A stretch of 64,000 bases of DNA from a virus: the IMG/VR virus record IMGVR_UViG_3300021185_003351, positions 96,001-160,000 of that record. One strand, given 5' to 3'. Made by a program: the position numbers and the translations under genes. The notes under the pieces were generated by a model. It saw only the letters and a program-made list of their open reading frames with translations, was not told the origin of the DNA and made no database searches. Position 1 is the first letter of the stretch. Every line of letters begins with the position of its first letter. Of this stretch, positions 28,351-38,342 are shown piece after piece.

Positions 28351-29636
28351 GAAAATGTGTAATATCAAGTCCATTAGCAACACAATCGGGATATGGACAC
28401 CATGCAAGAGAAGTTATAGAAAATATAATTGAACAACGAGGAAAAGAATGGAATATTAAATTGTTATCAATGCCATGGGGCAATACACCATTAACATTTC
28501 CAATATCAAACGAAATGCGAACTAGAGTAGTTCCATTACCATTAACAGAACAACCAGATATATGGATACAAATAACAATCCCAAATGAATTTCAACCGGT
28601 TGGAAAATTTAATATCGGAGTAACTGCAGTAACCGAAGGCGATATATGTTCAAAAGAATGGATTGATTCTATTAATAAAATGCAAGTTATCATAGTTCCA
28701 TCTGAATTTACTAAATCAGTATTAACAAAAACTGCAGAAAAACATAATATTGCAATTTCGACAGAAATACATGTTATATCAGAATATTTTAATAAAGATA
28801 TATACAATAAAAATAATAGAGCTGAATCAATTGATTTGAGTGAAGTACATGAATCATTTTGTTATTTGTTTGTAGGACATTGGCTTCAGGGATCATTAGG
28901 AGAAGATAGAAAAAATATAACTGGATTACTTCACAATTTTTTAGAAACATTTAAAAACAAAGAAAAAACTCCAGGATTAATATTAAAAACTAGTTCTGCA
29001 ACATACTCTGTTACTGACAGAAGTAAAATGGAACAATATATTAATTCAATTCGTGACTTATTTCCTAAAACTGCTAAACTTCCAAATATATATTTATTAC
29101 ATGGAGATTTATCTGACAATGAAATGAATTCATTATATAATCATTCCAAAGTTAAAGCAATGGTTTCATATACTAAAGGAGAAGGATTTGGAAGACCTTT
29201 ATTAGAATTTGCATCTACAGGAAAACCTATTATAGCACCACACTATTCAGGCCAAGCAGATTTCTTAAAGAAAGAGCATATAGTTGCATTAGCAGGAGGA
29301 TTAACAGAAGTACATCCATCGGCTAGAAATCAATGGATTATTGAAGGATCTAAATGGTTTACTCCCGATTATGCATATTCAAAAAAAGCATTAAAAGAAG
29401 TACATAAACATTACAGCAAATTTATTCCTGGAGCTAGAGAGCAAAAGAAATTTGTTACAGAAAATTTTACGAAAATTGCAATTGCTCCTAGTTATACAAA
29501 GTTAATAGAATTAATTGAAAGTAGAGTAGTAGAAGGTCCTAGTATGCAGCAATTAAAATTGCCACAGCTTAATAAACCAAATCTTAAAACAGTTGAACTT
29601 CCTAAGTTAAAATTACCTAAACTAAATAAAGTATGA
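28347..29636 (+). CDS. GT-B (GT4-like) glycosyltransferase
   Basis: SGYG, RKN, GEGFGRPLLE...GKP; LPKL-repeat tail. Confidence 0.85.
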   Translation: MRKCVISSPLATQSGYGHHAREVIENIIEQRGKEWNIKLLSMPWGNTPLTFPISNEMRTRVVPLPLTEQPDIWIQITIPNEFQPVGKFNIGVTAVTEGDICSKEWIDSINKMQVIIVPSEFTKSVLTKTAEKHNIAISTEIHVISEYFNKDIYNKNNRAESIDLSEVHESFCYLFVGHWLQGSLGEDRKNITGLLHNFLETFKNKEKTPGLILKTSSATYSVTDRSKMEQYINSIRDLFPKTAKLPNIYLLHGDLSDNEMNSLYNHSKVKAMVSYTKGEGFGRPLLEFASTGKPIIAPHYSGQADFLKKEHIVALAGGLTEVHPSARNQWIIEGSKWFTPDYAYSKKALKEVHKHYSKFIPGAREQKKFVTENFTKIAIAPSYTKLIELIESRVVEGPSMQQLKLPQLNKPNLKTVELPKLKLPKLNKV

Positions 29637-30265
29637 AAATAGGATATTTCATAACAGCCTGTAATGAATATGAAGAGTTAAAAAAACTTTTAATATTGTT
29701 ACGAACTAATATAGACAAAAATGACTGTATTGGTGTTTTATTAGATGAAAAAAACGTGACAGATGAAGTTGATTCATTATGCAATCAATTTTTAGTTCCA
29801 AATAATGAGTCTTTTCGGGTAATATACAGTAACTTAGACAATGACTTTGCATCATTTAAAAACTTAGGATATCATTTATTTGATGATTGTGATTGGATTT
29901 TTAATATAGATGCTGATGAATTACCATCTTCAATTTTAATACAAAATATTAAACAAGTTATAAATTTAAATCCAGAAACAGAATTAATATATGTTCCAAG
30001 AATAAATACAGTTGAAGGATTGACACAAGATCATATTAATAAATGGAGATGGCAAGTAAACGATGAAGGATGGGTGAATTGGCCAGATTACCAAGGCAGA
30101 ATATATAAACGATCGCCTATGATAGAATGGAAAGGTAAAGTGCATGAGCGAATAGAAGGAATGAAAAAATATTCACATCTTCCAGCTAAAGAAGAATTTG
30201 CATTTCACCATCCTAAAACAATTGAACGACAAGAGCGTCAAAATAAATTTTATGAAAGTATATAA
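29633..30265 (+). CDS. GT-A (GT2-like) glycosyltransferase
   Basis: ITACNE, WIFNIDADE, WPDYQ.R, VHE. Confidence 0.8.
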   Translation: MKIGYFITACNEYEELKKLLILLRTNIDKNDCIGVLLDEKNVTDEVDSLCNQFLVPNNESFRVIYSNLDNDFASFKNLGYHLFDDCDWIFNIDADELPSSILIQNIKQVINLNPETELIYVPRINTVEGLTQDHINKWRWQVNDEGWVNWPDYQGRIYKRSPMIEWKGKVHERIEGMKKYSHLPAKEEFAFHHPKTIERQERQNKFYESI

Positions 30266-30268
30266 AAA

Positions 30269-31042
30269 ATGAGTGTTACAGTAATATTAAATGGATATAA
30301 GCGTGGTAATCAATTAAATGAACAGTTAGAAGCATTACATAATCAAACTATACAACCAAATGAAATATTATTATGGTATAACAATCCAGGAGATGATTCA
30401 CTAATTAATTATGATGTTATGAGTTCTATACCTACTGCATTATGTAATTATAATTTTGGAGTATGGGCTAGATTTGCATTTGCATTTAACGCACAATCTA
30501 AATATGTTTGTATATTTGATGATGATACAATTCCTGGAAAAAAATGGTTAGAAAATTGTTTAGACACTATGAAGAAAAATGAGGGATTGTTAGGAACAGT
30601 TGGATTATTATATTTAAATCCATTACCACCAGAACAATCATCATATTATGAACATTATCTAAGATTTGGATGGGTTCCTAATGGCAATAATGAAGAAACA
30701 GTTCAAGTAGATTTAGTGGGGCATAGTTGGTTTTTCAAAAAAGAATGGTTGAGTCATATGTGGAGAGAAATACCAGATCCAAAATATAATACATGCGGAG
30801 AAGATATGCATTTTAGTTATATGTTACAAAAATATGCTAATATACCAACATATGTTCCTCCACACCCAATTAATGATAAAGAATTATGGGGAAGTTTAAA
30901 AGGAGCCGAATATGGAGGAGATCAAAATTCAATGTGGGAAACTAATCAATTAAGCAAAGATGGAATACCATTCAAAAACTTAATGAATGAATATTTCCAT
31001 ATTCAACGAAAAAAAGGATGGAAGTTAGTTAATGAAAAATAA
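30269..31042 (+). CDS. GT-A glycosyltransferase
   Basis: IFDDD, GED motifs. Confidence 0.75.
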   Translation: MSVTVILNGYKRGNQLNEQLEALHNQTIQPNEILLWYNNPGDDSLINYDVMSSIPTALCNYNFGVWARFAFAFNAQSKYVCIFDDDTIPGKKWLENCLDTMKKNEGLLGTVGLLYLNPLPPEQSSYYEHYLRFGWVPNGNNEETVQVDLVGHSWFFKKEWLSHMWREIPDPKYNTCGEDMHFSYMLQKYANIPTYVPPHPINDKELWGSLKGAEYGGDQNSMWETNQLSKDGIPFKNLMNEYFHIQRKKGWKLVNEK

Positions 31043-32018
31043 AATTTTATTATGTTTCGGGACTAGACCAGAATGGCTAAAAATAAAACCATTGATAAAA
31101 GTTTTAGATAATTATGAATTATTATTTACTGGCCAGCATGTAGATTTACTAAAAGATATACAAGTAGATTATAAAATTAAAATGAACGAAAATACCAATC
31201 GGTTAGATCAACTAGTAAGTGATTGTTTAATACAATTTCCAATCGGAAATTTTGATTCAGTATTAGTTCAAGGGGATACTGCATCTGCATTTGCTTGTGC
31301 AATTGCTGCACTACATCGAAAGCTTAAAATCTATTATTTAGAGGCAGGACTTCGAAGTTATAATTTAAATCATCCATACCCAGAAGAAGGATATAGACAA
31401 ATGATATCAAGAATATCAGATGTTAATTTATGTCCTACAGAGTTATCTCTTAATAATCTAGTAAATGAAAAAGTAAATGGAAAACATCATATAGTAGGAA
31501 ATACCGTATTAGATAATTTATTACCATACAAAGATGAATGCGAATATACTAATAAAGTACTAGTAACATTACATAGAAGAGAGAATCATCATTGGATGGA
31601 TAAATGGTTTATTGAAATAAATAATTTAGCAAAAGAAAATCCAGATTTAGAATTTATATTGCCAATACACCCAAATCCAAATGTACAAAAACATAAACAT
31701 TTACTTACAAATATTAACGTTATAGATCCATTAACACATTCTGAATTGCTAGATATTTTAGTAAAATGTAAATTAGTAATTAGTGATAGTGGGGGACTAC
31801 AAGAAGAAGGGAGCTTTTTTAATAAAAAAGTTATTGTTTGTAGAAAAACAACAGAACGACCGGAAGGATTAGATACTGGCCATTTAATTATGTGCGAAAC
31901 ACCTGATCTATTAAATAAACATTTTGGAAATGTAAATAAAAATTATTATATTAGTAATAAATGCCCATATGGGGATGGCTATTCTTCTATTTACATAAAA
32001 GACATATTATCAATATGA
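31032..32018 (+). CDS. wecB: UDP-N-acetylglucosamine 2-epimerase (non-hydrolysing type)
   Basis: GTRPE, TGQH, QGDT, EAGLRS, PEE, TLHRREN, SDSGGLQEE, TERPE, YGDG. Confidence 0.93.
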   Translation: MKNKILLCFGTRPEWLKIKPLIKVLDNYELLFTGQHVDLLKDIQVDYKIKMNENTNRLDQLVSDCLIQFPIGNFDSVLVQGDTASAFACAIAALHRKLKIYYLEAGLRSYNLNHPYPEEGYRQMISRISDVNLCPTELSLNNLVNEKVNGKHHIVGNTVLDNLLPYKDECEYTNKVLVTLHRRENHHWMDKWFIEINNLAKENPDLEFILPIHPNPNVQKHKHLLTNINVIDPLTHSELLDILVKCKLVISDSGGLQEEGSFFNKKVIVCRKTTERPEGLDTGHLIMCETPDLLNKHFGNVNKNYYISNKCPYGDGYSSIYIKDILSI

Positions 32019-32797
32019 GACAAAAAACATTTAAATCTGATTTTTTATTTTTTAAAAATAAAATACAAAACAATGAAAACTTTGCGTTTTCTAGATTTTC
32101 AGATGGAGAAATGTATATTTTACAAAATCGTAGATTAAAGTTAGGAGATAATCAAATACAAATTGATAATACAATACAAAATGGACCTTATCAAAAATTT
32201 GATTTTAAAGATTTTAATCCAGATATTCATTCTTTATATAAAGATAAACTCATTGAATCTTTTAAACATAAACAACAAAATTATTATAAAGGAATTAGTT
32301 GTAGCTGTTGTGTAGGAAAAGAAAATTTTGATTGGCAAATTAACTTACATCAAGGAGATGATGACTCATTAACTTGGGCTAATTTATGGGTAAATTCTAA
32401 TTATCCAGATTTTATTAGTTCAATACTACCTATGTTTTATAATAAAAAATGTATATTTATAGGACACGAATCTGCAGACATAACAAAATTTCCTTTTTTT
32501 ATTAAAGATTTTAGAGTTGGATATAATGCATTTGTAAATGATTATAATGTAATTACAGATATATCTAATTGGATAGAAGAAAATAATATAGAAAATCATA
32601 TGTTTTTATTTTCAGCTTCATCATTTACAAATTTAGCAATATATGAACTTTTTAAAAATCATAATAATAATAGTTATATTGATATTGGAACATGCTTTAC
32701 TCCAATGATGTCGATGCCAACTGAAAGAGATTATCTTCAAGGATTTTGGAATTATAGAAGAACAACTAGCTTAGAATTAAATTGTGTATGGAATTAA
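32015..32797 (+). CDS. Putative GT-D-fold (DUF1792-like) glycosyltransferase
   Basis: SRFSDGE and C-terminal IDIG motifs; ATG at 32015 overlaps the wecB stop. Confidence 0.55.
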   Translation: MRQKTFKSDFLFFKNKIQNNENFAFSRFSDGEMYILQNRRLKLGDNQIQIDNTIQNGPYQKFDFKDFNPDIHSLYKDKLIESFKHKQQNYYKGISCSCCVGKENFDWQINLHQGDDDSLTWANLWVNSNYPDFISSILPMFYNKKCIFIGHESADITKFPFFIKDFRVGYNAFVNDYNVITDISNWIEENNIENHMFLFSASSFTNLAIYELFKNHNNNSYIDIGTCFTPMMSMPTERDYLQGFWNYRRTTSLELNCVWN

Positions 32798-33192
32798 TAG
32801 AATGTAATAAAGAATATTGGGAGTTTGTTAGAACTCTTCGAAATGATGATCAAGTACAAAACGGATTTATAGAGACTATAGAAATAACTTCAGAAATGCA
32901 AAATGCATATATGAATAAGTATAGTGACTGTTATAGAATTGCATTAATAGAAATACATACAGGAGACTCATTACATTTAGTGCCAGCTGGGTTTGTTGGA
33001 GTTATTGATGATGATATACGAGTATGCACCGTTCCAGAATTTCAAGGAATGGGTATTGGAAAGTTTATGATTAACGAATGTATGAAATTATGGCCCAATG
33101 CTTTTGCTAAAGTTAAAATTAATAATGAAGCTTCAAAAAAATTATTTAAAGCATGCGGATTTAAAGAAAAATTTATAATATTTGAACAATGA
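32788..33192 (+). CDS. GNAT N-acetyltransferase
   Basis: FQGMGIG, N.AS.KLF...GF. Confidence 0.8.
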   Translation: MELIECNKEYWEFVRTLRNDDQVQNGFIETIEITSEMQNAYMNKYSDCYRIALIEIHTGDSLHLVPAGFVGVIDDDIRVCTVPEFQGMGIGKFMINECMKLWPNAFAKVKINNEASKKLFKACGFKEKFIIFEQ

Positions 33193-33815
33193 TACATAAT
33201 CCTTATAAAATAGTAAAAATGTTCGAAGAAGAGTTGTCTAATTATACAAATGCTCCATATGTAGTTACAGTAGACAGTTGTACTAATGCATTATTCTTAG
33301 TATGTAAATATCTAAACGTTAAACAAGTAACAATACCATCAAAAACTTATTTATCAGTTCCACAATCAATTATTCATGCCGGTGGAGAAGTTATATTTGA
33401 TAAAAGAATAAAAACTAATCATTGGAGAGGAATATATCAATTAAAACCATATCCTATATATGACGCTGCAAAAAGATTTACATCTAATATGTATATTCCA
33501 AAATCATATATGTGTTTATCTTTTCATATTAAAAAACAATTGCCAATTTGGAAAGGAGGAGCTATATTATGTGATAATAAAGAAGCTTATGAATGGTTTA
33601 AACGAGCTAGATATGAAGGTAGAAGTGAAAAATATTATAAAGATGATGATATCGAATTTTTAGGATGGAATATGTATATGACTCCGCAACAAGCTGCACA
33701 TGGTTTAGCTATGATGCAAAATTATCCAATACATAAAGAAGATTTAGGCGAAATAAGCGGGTATCGAGATTTAACAAAATTTACAGTTTTTAAAAATAAT
33801 AAAGTTATAAAATAA
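33189..33815 (+). CDS. Short DegT/DnrJ/EryC1 sugar aminotransferase
   Basis: DSCTNAL, DAA, SFHIKK.L..KGG; only 208 aa. Confidence 0.75.
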   Translation: MIHNPYKIVKMFEEELSNYTNAPYVVTVDSCTNALFLVCKYLNVKQVTIPSKTYLSVPQSIIHAGGEVIFDKRIKTNHWRGIYQLKPYPIYDAAKRFTSNMYIPKSYMCLSFHIKKQLPIWKGGAILCDNKEAYEWFKRARYEGRSEKYYKDDDIEFLGWNMYMTPQQAAHGLAMMQNYPIHKEDLGEISGYRDLTKFTVFKNNKVIK

Positions 33816-34480
33816 TGAAAATAGCATTATGTTTATCAGGGTATTTTGATTCACTTACTGATTCTTCATCAAAAGGTATAGATGGGTATGATCATCTAGA
33901 GCGTCATGTATTTAGTAAAGGGGATGTAGACGTATATATTCATAGTTGGGATATAGAAAATGAACAACAAATTAAAAAACTATATAATCCCAAACATTCA
34001 GTATTTGAACAACAAATAGATTTTTCTGATATAATAAAAGAAAAAGGATATGATCAAATTCCTAATCCGCCAAGATCACCGCAAACTATTTATTCACACT
34101 TTTATTCTACATCTGAATCTTTTAAACATATTCAAGGTGAATATGATTGGATTATTAAAAGTAGATTTGATATTGGAAGAATTAATCGTAGAACATCTGG
34201 ACCACATAATCCTAATAATCCCTATCCAGTACAATGTATTAATTTTAATCCAACATTAGATCCAAATAAGTTATATATGGCTAATTGGCAATACTTAGAA
34301 AGTGATGGCCCTGCAGATATGTGGTTTTACGGAAGTCAAACTATAATGAAACCATTTGCATTTATATATGATAATATTGATAGATATTTTAAATGTAATG
34401 CAATACATTTATATAAAGAATTTATGATACAAAACAATTTATGGAATAATAAAGTAACATTGGATACAGTATGGGAGTAA
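33815..34480 (+). CDS. Glycan-locus protein (putative glycosyltransferase, KIALCLSG type)
   Basis: KIALCLSG, YIHSW, YD.IIKSRFD, D..FYG. Confidence 0.55.
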   Translation: MKIALCLSGYFDSLTDSSSKGIDGYDHLERHVFSKGDVDVYIHSWDIENEQQIKKLYNPKHSVFEQQIDFSDIIKEKGYDQIPNPPRSPQTIYSHFYSTSESFKHIQGEYDWIIKSRFDIGRINRRTSGPHNPNNPYPVQCINFNPTLDPNKLYMANWQYLESDGPADMWFYGSQTIMKPFAFIYDNIDRYFKCNAIHLYKEFMIQNNLWNNKVTLDTVWE

Positions 34481-35166
34481 AACCAGCAATAGTAATTTAT
34501 ACACATACAGACTATAGTGATATATGGACTCCTTTATTTTCACGTATAAAAAAATATATGAATTCATATAAAGTTAATATATTTGTTAATCAAGAACACG
34601 AATTAATACCAACAGAATATAATATTATAACGTATGATTCTAAATTAATTTATACAGAACGATTGAAATCATGCTTAGAACAATTAAAAGATGAACTTAT
34701 CTTATTTCTTCATGAAGACATGATATTATATGATGTACCATTACATGAAGAAATAAGTAGGTTATCAAAATTATTTGATTCAAATGATTTGAGTAGTATT
34801 AAGTTAATTTATGTAAAAGATGATGATTATCCTAGTTATGTAGATGACAAATTAATATATAATAATTCTTCAAAATTTTCTATACAGCCTACTATTACAA
34901 CAAAATCATATATGTTGGAATTAACTACAAAATATAAATTAAACATATGGGATTTCGAAGCAGCAATTGACAATTCAGGAAACGATTTTATGTATAAAAC
35001 CGGTAATGAAATTTTACGTGGAATGTATCATTGTGATAGTATAATATTTCCGTATATAGCAACCGCTATTGTAAAAGGTAAATGGAATGAAAGTGAATAT
35101 AAAAATGAATTAACTGATATATTTACTGAGTTTAATATTGATAAAACAATTCGTGGAGTAGTATGA
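34471..35166 (+). CDS. Putative GT-A-like protein
   Basis: LHED, QP, WDFE, KGKW. Confidence 0.5.
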   Translation: MGVKPAIVIYTHTDYSDIWTPLFSRIKKYMNSYKVNIFVNQEHELIPTEYNIITYDSKLIYTERLKSCLEQLKDELILFLHEDMILYDVPLHEEISRLSKLFDSNDLSSIKLIYVKDDDYPSYVDDKLIYNNSSKFSIQPTITTKSYMLELTTKYKLNIWDFEAAIDNSGNDFMYKTGNEILRGMYHCDSIIFPYIATAIVKGKWNESEYKNELTDIFTEFNIDKTIRGVV

Positions 35167-36527
35167 TAAAACTAATAATATTTGATTTAGATGGAGTTTT
35201 AGTAGAAGCTAAAAATATACATTATGATGCTTTAAATGAAGCATTAGGTGATAATTATTTTATTAGTTGGAGTGAACATTTATCTATATATGATGGATTA
35301 AAAACCAATCAAAAATTAGAAATATTAAGTGAAAGAAACGGATTACCAGAGACAAAACACACAGAAATATGGAATCATAAACAAAAAATAACATTAGAAA
35401 AATTAAAACAATTAAAACAAAATAATATTCTTATCAAATTAATGTCTAATTTAGTAGATAACGGATATAAAATTGCAGTTTGTTCTAATTCAATTAGAAA
35501 AACAGTATTAACAGTTTTATCGAAATTAGGTATTATGGAATTTATGGACTATATTATATCAAACGAAGATGTTGAAAATAGTAAGCCACACCCTGAAATG
35601 TATTGGAATGCTATTTCTAAAATGAAATGTTTGCCAGAAGAGACTCTCATTGTAGAAGATTCTCCATATGGACTATTGGCAGCTTCTAGATCTAAATCAC
35701 ATATATTACGAGTAAAAAACACAAAAGAGACTAATTTAAAAAATATAAATAATAAACTAAGGCAAATAGAAATGGGAGAACAACAAATTACGCCGGCTTG
35801 GAGAGATGAAACATTAAATGTTTTAATACCAATGGCTGGTGCTGGAAGTAGATTTCAACAAGCAGGATATACATTTCCTAAACCACTTATCGAAGTTAAA
35901 GGAAAGCCTATGATTCAAGTTGTAGTTGAAAATTTAAATATTAAAGCAAATTTTATTTATGTAGTACAAAAAGAACATAGAGAAAAATATAACTTAGACA
36001 CTTTACTTAATCTGATTACACCAAATTGTAAAATTGTTGAGGTAGATGGAATTACGGATGGAGCTGCGTGTACTGCATTATTAGCAAAAGAATACATTAA
36101 TTCTAAAAATCCTTTATTTTTTGCAAACTCTGATCAATTCGTAGAATGGGATTCAAATGAATTTTTATATAAAATGAATGAAACAAATGCAGATGGTGGT
36201 ATTGTATCATTTAAGGCAATACATCCTAAATGGAGTTTTGCAAAAGTAAATGAAATTGGATTAGTAACTGAAGTTGCAGAAAAAAATCCTATTTCAGATA
36301 TTGCTACAGTTGGATATTATTATTGGAAACATGGTTCTGATTTTGTAAAGTATGCAGAAGATATGATTGAGAAAGATATCAGAGTAAACAATGAGTTCTA
36401 TGTTTGTCCTGTTTTTAATCAAGCAATAAAAGATGGAAAAGAAATTCGTACCTTTGATATTCCTAAAATGTGGGGATTGGGTACACCAGAAGATTTAAAA
36501 TTTTATTTAGAAAATTATGGAAAATAA
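35163..36527 (+). CDS. HAD phosphatase fused to nucleotidyltransferase (BcbE-like)
   Basis: N-terminal FDLDGVL, KP.P, VEDS; C-terminal IPMAGAGSRF, PKPLI, NSDQ, LGTPEDL. Confidence 0.85.
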   Translation: MIKLIIFDLDGVLVEAKNIHYDALNEALGDNYFISWSEHLSIYDGLKTNQKLEILSERNGLPETKHTEIWNHKQKITLEKLKQLKQNNILIKLMSNLVDNGYKIAVCSNSIRKTVLTVLSKLGIMEFMDYIISNEDVENSKPHPEMYWNAISKMKCLPEETLIVEDSPYGLLAASRSKSHILRVKNTKETNLKNINNKLRQIEMGEQQITPAWRDETLNVLIPMAGAGSRFQQAGYTFPKPLIEVKGKPMIQVVVENLNIKANFIYVVQKEHREKYNLDTLLNLITPNCKIVEVDGITDGAACTALLAKEYINSKNPLFFANSDQFVEWDSNEFLYKMNETNADGGIVSFKAIHPKWSFAKVNEIGLVTEVAEKNPISDIATVGYYYWKHGSDFVKYAEDMIEKDIRVNNEFYVCPVFNQAIKDGKEIRTFDIPKMWGLGTPEDLKFYLENYGK

Positions 36528-37209
36528 TATATACACACAAATGCAAATAAGGACGTATGCTCCTGGAACCTCTAATCATGATGAACATAATACAAATCCA
36601 GATTATTGGGATATACTTTTATCAGATTTAAAAGATAAAAATTTATGGGAAGATAAAGTAGCTTTAGACTTTGCATGCGGAAAAGGCAGAAATGTAACTA
36701 ATATGTTATCTATATGTGATTGGAAACGTATTGATGGAATTGATATATCGCAATCTAATATTGATTTCTGTAATGATCAATATGATATAAAAATATATCC
36801 TAGCAATTGGTATTGTAATAATGGTACTGATGTGTCTAATTTAAAATCTAACGAATATGATTTTATTATGTCTACAATTGCACTACAACATATTCCTGTA
36901 TACGACATTAGAAAATCATTAATTACAGATTTATTAAGAACATTGAAGCCTGGCGGACTATTTTCATTTCAAATGGGATACGGTGAAGGATTAGATTCTC
37001 CAATTGGCCCTAGAAGTGCATATTATGATAATACATATGACGCCACTAATACTAATTCAGCACATGATGTTAGAGTACACAATGAACAAGATGTTATTGA
37101 AGATTTAAGTACGATAGGATATAATAATATAACAACTATTGTTAGACCTTCATATTCTGATAGTGGACATGAGAAATGGATTTATATAAAAGCATATAAA
37201 CCAATATGA
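36517..37209 (+). CDS. Class I SAM-dependent methyltransferase
   Basis: LDFACGKGR, GIDIS, LQH, LKPGG. Confidence 0.85.
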   Translation: MENNIYTQMQIRTYAPGTSNHDEHNTNPDYWDILLSDLKDKNLWEDKVALDFACGKGRNVTNMLSICDWKRIDGIDISQSNIDFCNDQYDIKIYPSNWYCNNGTDVSNLKSNEYDFIMSTIALQHIPVYDIRKSLITDLLRTLKPGGLFSFQMGYGEGLDSPIGPRSAYYDNTYDATNTNSAHDVRVHNEQDVIEDLSTIGYNNITTIVRPSYSDSGHEKWIYIKAYKPI

Positions 37210-37631
37210 TTTTAATATCACATAGAGGAAATATTTCTGGAAAGATATCAAACAAGGAAAATAGTCCAGAATATATAGTTTCAGCATTAACTAAAGGATA
37301 TAATGTTGAAATAGATGTTTGGTATGATAATGGATATTGGTTAGGTCATGATGAACCTATGTATAATATAGATAAAGATTTTTTACTAAATGATAAATTT
37401 TGGTGTCACGCAAAAAATGGAAAAGCTTTATATCATATGTTACAAGATGATATACATTGTTTTTGGCATCAAGATGATGATTTTACATTAACTTCCAATA
37501 ACTTTATTTGGACTTATCCTAATAAATTATTATATTATAATAGTATATGCGTATTACCAGAATTAGGTATTAATGGAGATATTGATATTTGCTCTGGAAT
37601 ATGTAGTGATTTTATTGAAAGATATTCATGA
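37206..37631 (+). CDS. Glycerophosphodiester phosphodiesterase-like protein
   Basis: ISHRGN, EN, VEIDV, LGHD, HAKN, GICSD. Confidence 0.75.
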   Translation: MILISHRGNISGKISNKENSPEYIVSALTKGYNVEIDVWYDNGYWLGHDEPMYNIDKDFLLNDKFWCHAKNGKALYHMLQDDIHCFWHQDDDFTLTSNNFIWTYPNKLLYYNSICVLPELGINGDIDICSGICSDFIERYS

Positions 37632-37846
37632 AAAATTTAAAATCAACAGTTAATGAGCAAGGCGAAACAGTTACTCAAATTATTCATTTTATTGATGGAG
37701 TTAAGAGAACATATCATGGTATTTTATCTGAAAGTATTAAACAAGGACAATTTACAAAAATGAAATGTAAAGATGGTACTATGCTAATGATAAATGATAA
37801 TAATGTTTTATGTATAGAAGTATTTAAAGAAGATGATAATAGGTAA
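37628..37846 (+). CDS. Hypothetical protein
   Basis: 72 aa, coupled. Confidence 0.55.
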   Translation: MKNLKSTVNEQGETVTQIIHFIDGVKRTYHGILSESIKQGQFTKMKCKDGTMLMINDNNVLCIEVFKEDDNR

Positions 37847-38342
37847 CGGCAGTATAGCGTCAGTTTTAAAAGAAATAGATACTCCAGATTTAATATTTTT
37901 TGCATCTGGTGTTAGTGATAGTTCTTGTACAGACGAATTTGAATATCAAAGAGAACGTAACTTAATGCTAACAGTCCCATATAATAAACATATAGTATAT
38001 TTTTCTAATTTAGGAGTCTACTATAAAAATGATAGATATACTCAACATAAAATAGATACTGAAGAATTTATTAGAAACAATTATAACAGTTATACTATTG
38101 TTCGAATCGAAGTTTGCGAATGGGTTTCAACACCAACTACAATATTAAATGTATTTAAAAATCAATTAAAAAATGATATCGAGCCAGTAATACATGATAC
38201 TACAAGATATGTTCTAAGTGTCAAAGAATTTTTATATTGGATATCATTAATAAAACCAAGCATAAAAAATGAAATGAATGTTTTAGGTAGAAAAATGAAA
38301 ATTTCAGAAATAGTTCAAGAAATAAAAGATAATAAACTATGA
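37833..38342 (+). CDS. Short NAD-dependent epimerase/dehydratase-like protein
   Basis: IIGNG.IA, FASGVS, YFS, Y..HK. Confidence 0.65.
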   Translation: MIIGNGSIASVLKEIDTPDLIFFASGVSDSSCTDEFEYQRERNLMLTVPYNKHIVYFSNLGVYYKNDRYTQHKIDTEEFIRNNYNSYTIVRIEVCEWVSTPTTILNVFKNQLKNDIEPVIHDTTRYVLSVKEFLYWISLIKPSIKNEMNVLGRKMKISEIVQEIKDNKL

